Below, piece after piece: positions 17,831-20,273 of a stretch of DNA of 20,273 nt; within the stretch, counting starts at the first letter, position 1; every line of letters begins with the position of its first letter. The DNA comes from a bacterium (GTDB lineage: Bacteria > Muiribacteriota > UBA6191): positions 1-20,273 of the forward strand of contig JAYZAC010000026.1 of the NCBI GenBank assembly GCA_036339875.1, read 5' to 3'. Below the pieces are notes generated by a model. That model was given only the letters and a program-made list of their open reading frames with translations, did not search any database and was not told where the DNA came from. The translations under genes were made by a program, and so were the position numbers.

Positions 17831-18778
17831 CTATCTGAAAATTATTAATCTAGCCAAAACCATTAACGAAATAACTCCAATAGCCATAATTGTTAGCATG
17901 TTCCAGCGAAGTCGAGCCGTGACTTTTTCAAGCTCTTTGGGATCTTCAACAACAACTACGTACCAATCGGGCAAAGTTGTTCTATCAACTAATTTCAGTG
18001 AGCAAAATGAAAGAAGTTCTCTTTTCTCACCCCGAAATCTTTCAAATCCACCTTGTTTAGCTCTCTTTATTCTAAACAAATCTTTACTCGTCAATGACCA
18101 ACCTTCATTGTGAGGCAACATTACCCGGCCTTGCTTATCAATTAATAAGATATGACCACCTTTGGATCGTACAACACCTGAGGCAAAACTGAACAATGTT
18201 CCCAGCGAAACTTTGGCCTCAAGAACTCCGGGATAAATTTTCTTTCTACTCTCTCTCAGAGTCTGTATCCACGAAATATAAAATTTATCTCTATTTTTAA
18301 AAGGCTCACTAAAGTAATCTTTTCTATTTTGATATACTTTTTGTAACGATAATGACTTCCCTAATACAAATGAATCCTTGGTCATCGGAAACTGAAGGTT
18401 ATGATAATCTACATATTCTACGGCTGAGTCATTTATTAATTTACTGAAGTCTTGAGGTTTCTTGTGAAGACGGACACCTGCGATGATATCGTCATTCTCA
18501 AAATTATACCGAAAATACTCTCTTACTTTCTTTTTATTAAATTCCTCCTTCAAAATATATCTGGAGAAGCCTTCCATACGCTTACGAACTTGTCTGAGTT
18601 CCGCTGATATTTGTCGTGCCACAAGTACGCCAATATCGCGATTGTTCTTCAGAAAGAGAGAGTGAAAAAACTCTCTCTCAGACTCAATTGCGCGAGTACT
18701 GGTGTGATACAAAATAAATGTACCCAAACATACTGTTAAAATCCATAGAAGGAATTTTTTCCACATTTTATTCACCAA
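17831..18778 (-). CDS. Two-TM membrane protein with an extracytoplasmic dCache-like domain and no output domain
   Basis: TM1 (FLLWILTVCLGTFILY), then YFSEPF, GVLEAKVSL, GHILLIDKQGRVMLPH, DWYVVVVED, then TM2 and a stop. Start at 18778 (TTG) or 18766 (ATG). Confidence 0.8.
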   Translation of the reverse strand: MVNKMWKKFLLWILTVCLGTFILYHTSTRAIESEREFFHSLFLKNNRDIGVLVARQISAELRQVRKRMEGFSRYILKEEFNKKKVREYFRYNFENDDIIAGVRLHKKPQDFSKLINDSAVEYVDYHNLQFPMTKDSFVLGKSLSLQKVYQNRKDYFSEPFKNRDKFYISWIQTLRESRKKIYPGVLEAKVSLGTLFSFASGVVRSKGGHILLIDKQGRVMLPHNEGWSLTSKDLFRIKRAKQGGFERFRGEKRELLSFCSLKLVDRTTLPDWYVVVVEDPKELEKVTARLRWNMLTIMAIGVISLMVLARLIIFR

Positions 18779-18829
18779 TCATTGTTCGGTGTCGATCCAT
18801 GAGTTAACAAGTGATCAAAGGATGCGATT

Positions 18830-18964
18830 ATGATATGTCCTGTATGTGAGAAAGGTCAAATGATCAAGGTTAACAAGCAGAACATGAAGCATGCACAAGC
18901 TCATCAAATCAAATGTGTTAGCTGTGGCTTCACTTCTCACTATCAGTCTATCAAAGCCGCTTAG
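18830..18964 (+). CDS. 44-aa zinc-ribbon microprotein (CPVC-x22-CVSC)
   Basis: Not in the ORF track. MICPVCEKGQMIKVNKQNMKHAQAHQIKCVSCGFTSHYQSIKAA*. AAGGA at 18818-18822 lies 7 nt before the ATG. It fills the gap between flanking genes without overlap. Confidence 0.85.
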   Translation: MICPVCEKGQMIKVNKQNMKHAQAHQIKCVSCGFTSHYQSIKAA

Positions 18965-18968
18965 ATAC

Positions 18969-20273
18969 TCAAATGAGTTTAACATGAACTTTGCAAACGA
19001 CACCTTTGTCTCTTTGGACGATTTCCCGGTGCACTTCAATTTCTCGATTATATAAAGTCATTAAAAGATGGATAGTTGCTTCTCCATTGTAATCGGTAGC
19101 CCTGGAAAATTTTAGTGGATCCCCTTCCTCTCCCTCTAAAATAAGACCTTTCACCTTCGGTGCATCTTCCGGCATGATTAATTCAAAATATAGTGGAACA
19201 TTGCGATGGGGAACCTGGTCTTCATCCATTAGTTGAACAGTAACCGGTACAAGAGTTTTCTCATCACTTAAACGGTGTTGAACCAGCTTCGGCTTTTGCG
19301 CTGGTCCTACTTGATGGGCCATCGGAGAATCAGTGTCTGTGAAAAAATTGGCTTTTGCACTCACTTGGTAACTATGGTCCACTAAATCTTGCGCTCTATC
19401 CATGTAAATTTCAGTTTGATTAATTCCGGTTCGAAAGTCTCCCTCAGCAAAAACCCTCTGCTTAGTTCTTCGCATGGTACGTTCTGCTAATAATTTCTCG
19501 CCTTCATAGTACTGATTAGCCTGCTCAAAGATCCTTTGATTACGTAACTTCCTCAAATAGTCCTGATCATCCTCCACCCATGCAAGTGTTTCCTTCTTTA
19601 GAACTACATTCTGAGGTTCTGAACCTTCTTTGATAATACCTTTTTGATAAGAAAGAATGACCTCAGAATGAATTGGCTGCATTTCCTGATAAAAAGCGCC
19701 AAAATCTTTTTTAGCAACATTGTGACCATCTATTCTAGTTTCATTCAAGAAAGCATTAATTCCTTTGATTTTTTTGCGTTTACCTAACGTTTCGAGAACT
19801 ACCTTATGGTCTTTCCACTTTACGGATTCTTTAGACATCTGATCAACCAAATTATCGAAAGTCTTTCTCGATCGTGGTCCTTCCGGACTATCAATCTCAG
19901 ATTTGTCTATAACAACTTTCTTTCCCTTGCTCGTTTCGTGGTTCATTCTCTCAACTTGTACGAAAAACTCACTAAATTCATGGTCTGAACGTTTATCATT
20001 CCAATCAAATGATGGATCACGTCTCTGAGATTCCTCTAATTGATCATGAAATTGGTCTAAGGTATTTCTTCCCAGAACTGGCGTTAATCTCTTCAGAGGC
20101 TTGTTTTCAACCTTCAAATTCGTATCGACTTCATCGATAAAATTTTCAAACTGATCATCCAGTGGTTCTCTGGATGCTCTTAAGGACATGAGATTTCGAG
20201 TTTTCTTGATTGATTTAGCTAATTTTTCTTGGTCTTCATCAAGCTCATACCGTGGGTCTCCCGGATTTATGAA
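18969..20273 (-). CDS. Hypothetical protein with a C-terminal Ig/transthyretin-like domain, 5'-truncated by the window
   Basis: The frame stays open for all 28 codons upstream of ATG 20189 to the window edge (FINPGDPRYELDEDQEKLAKSIKKTRNL). The C-terminus VTVQLMDEDQVPHRNVPLYF...TDYNGEATIHL resembles Big_1-type domains. The rest is highly charged. Confidence 0.7.
   Translation of the reverse strand, partial: FINPGDPRYELDEDQEKLAKSIKKTRNLMSLRASREPLDDQFENFIDEVDTNLKVENKPLKRLTPVLGRNTLDQFHDQLEESQRRDPSFDWNDKRSDHEFSEFFVQVERMNHETSKGKKVVIDKSEIDSPEGPRSRKTFDNLVDQMSKESVKWKDHKVVLETLGKRKKIKGINAFLNETRIDGHNVAKKDFGAFYQEMQPIHSEVILSYQKGIIKEGSEPQNVVLKKETLAWVEDDQDYLRKLRNQRIFEQANQYYEGEKLLAERTMRRTKQRVFAEGDFRTGINQTEIYMDRAQDLVDHSYQVSAKANFFTDTDSPMAHQVGPAQKPKLVQHRLSDEKTLVPVTVQLMDEDQVPHRNVPLYFELIMPEDAPKVKGLILEGEEGDPLKFSRATDYNGEATIHLLMTLYNREIEVHREIVQRDKGVVCKVHVKLI

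Noticed and set aside
18790..18818. GATC...GTTAAC...GATC pseudo-palindrome between the dCache and zinc-ribbon genes
   Set aside because: Arms are offset and mismatched, and no second copy was seen.
18815..19039. 74-aa minus-strand ORF from the track
   Set aside because: It overlaps the 18969 gene out of frame and is antisense to the better-supported zinc-ribbon ORF.
1..20273. CRISPR array, IS element, prophage or defence system
   Set aside because: No regularly spaced direct repeats, terminal inverted repeats, or nuclease/recombinase/reverse-transcriptase motifs were seen; all intergenic gaps are short.

Overview
AT-rich, densely coded chromosome segment from what is probably a diderm bacterium (TamB-like protein, C-terminal-Phe beta-barrel). 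No integrase, transposase, CRISPR array or rRNA is visible. In order: a partial hypothetical gene (left edge), a HEAT-repeat protein, a CBM20 + alpha/beta-hydrolase fusion, a secreted hypothetical protein, tRNA-Asn(GTT), htpG, a 1.4k-aa TamB/AsmA-like protein, a TPR + HEXXH metallopeptidase, a concanavalin-like beta-sandwich protein, a repeat + beta-barrel outer-membrane protein, feoB/feoA with a clear Fur box, a clan GH-A glycoside hydrolase, a stand-alone dCache membrane protein, a 44-aa zinc-ribbon gene missing from the ORF track, and a partial Ig-like-domain protein (right edge). Best leads: (1) a shared upstream architecture (sigma54-like -24/-12 with TC replacing GC, plus a TTTCAAnTTGAAA palindrome) before htpG and before the secreted hypothetical; (2) the unannotated zinc-ribbon microprotein; (3) an output-less dCache sensor coupled to a secreted glycoside hydrolase; (4) an unusual beta-barrel gene trailing Fur-controlled feoAB. 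All calls are by eye; no searches were run, and none of these leads amounts to a demonstrated new system.
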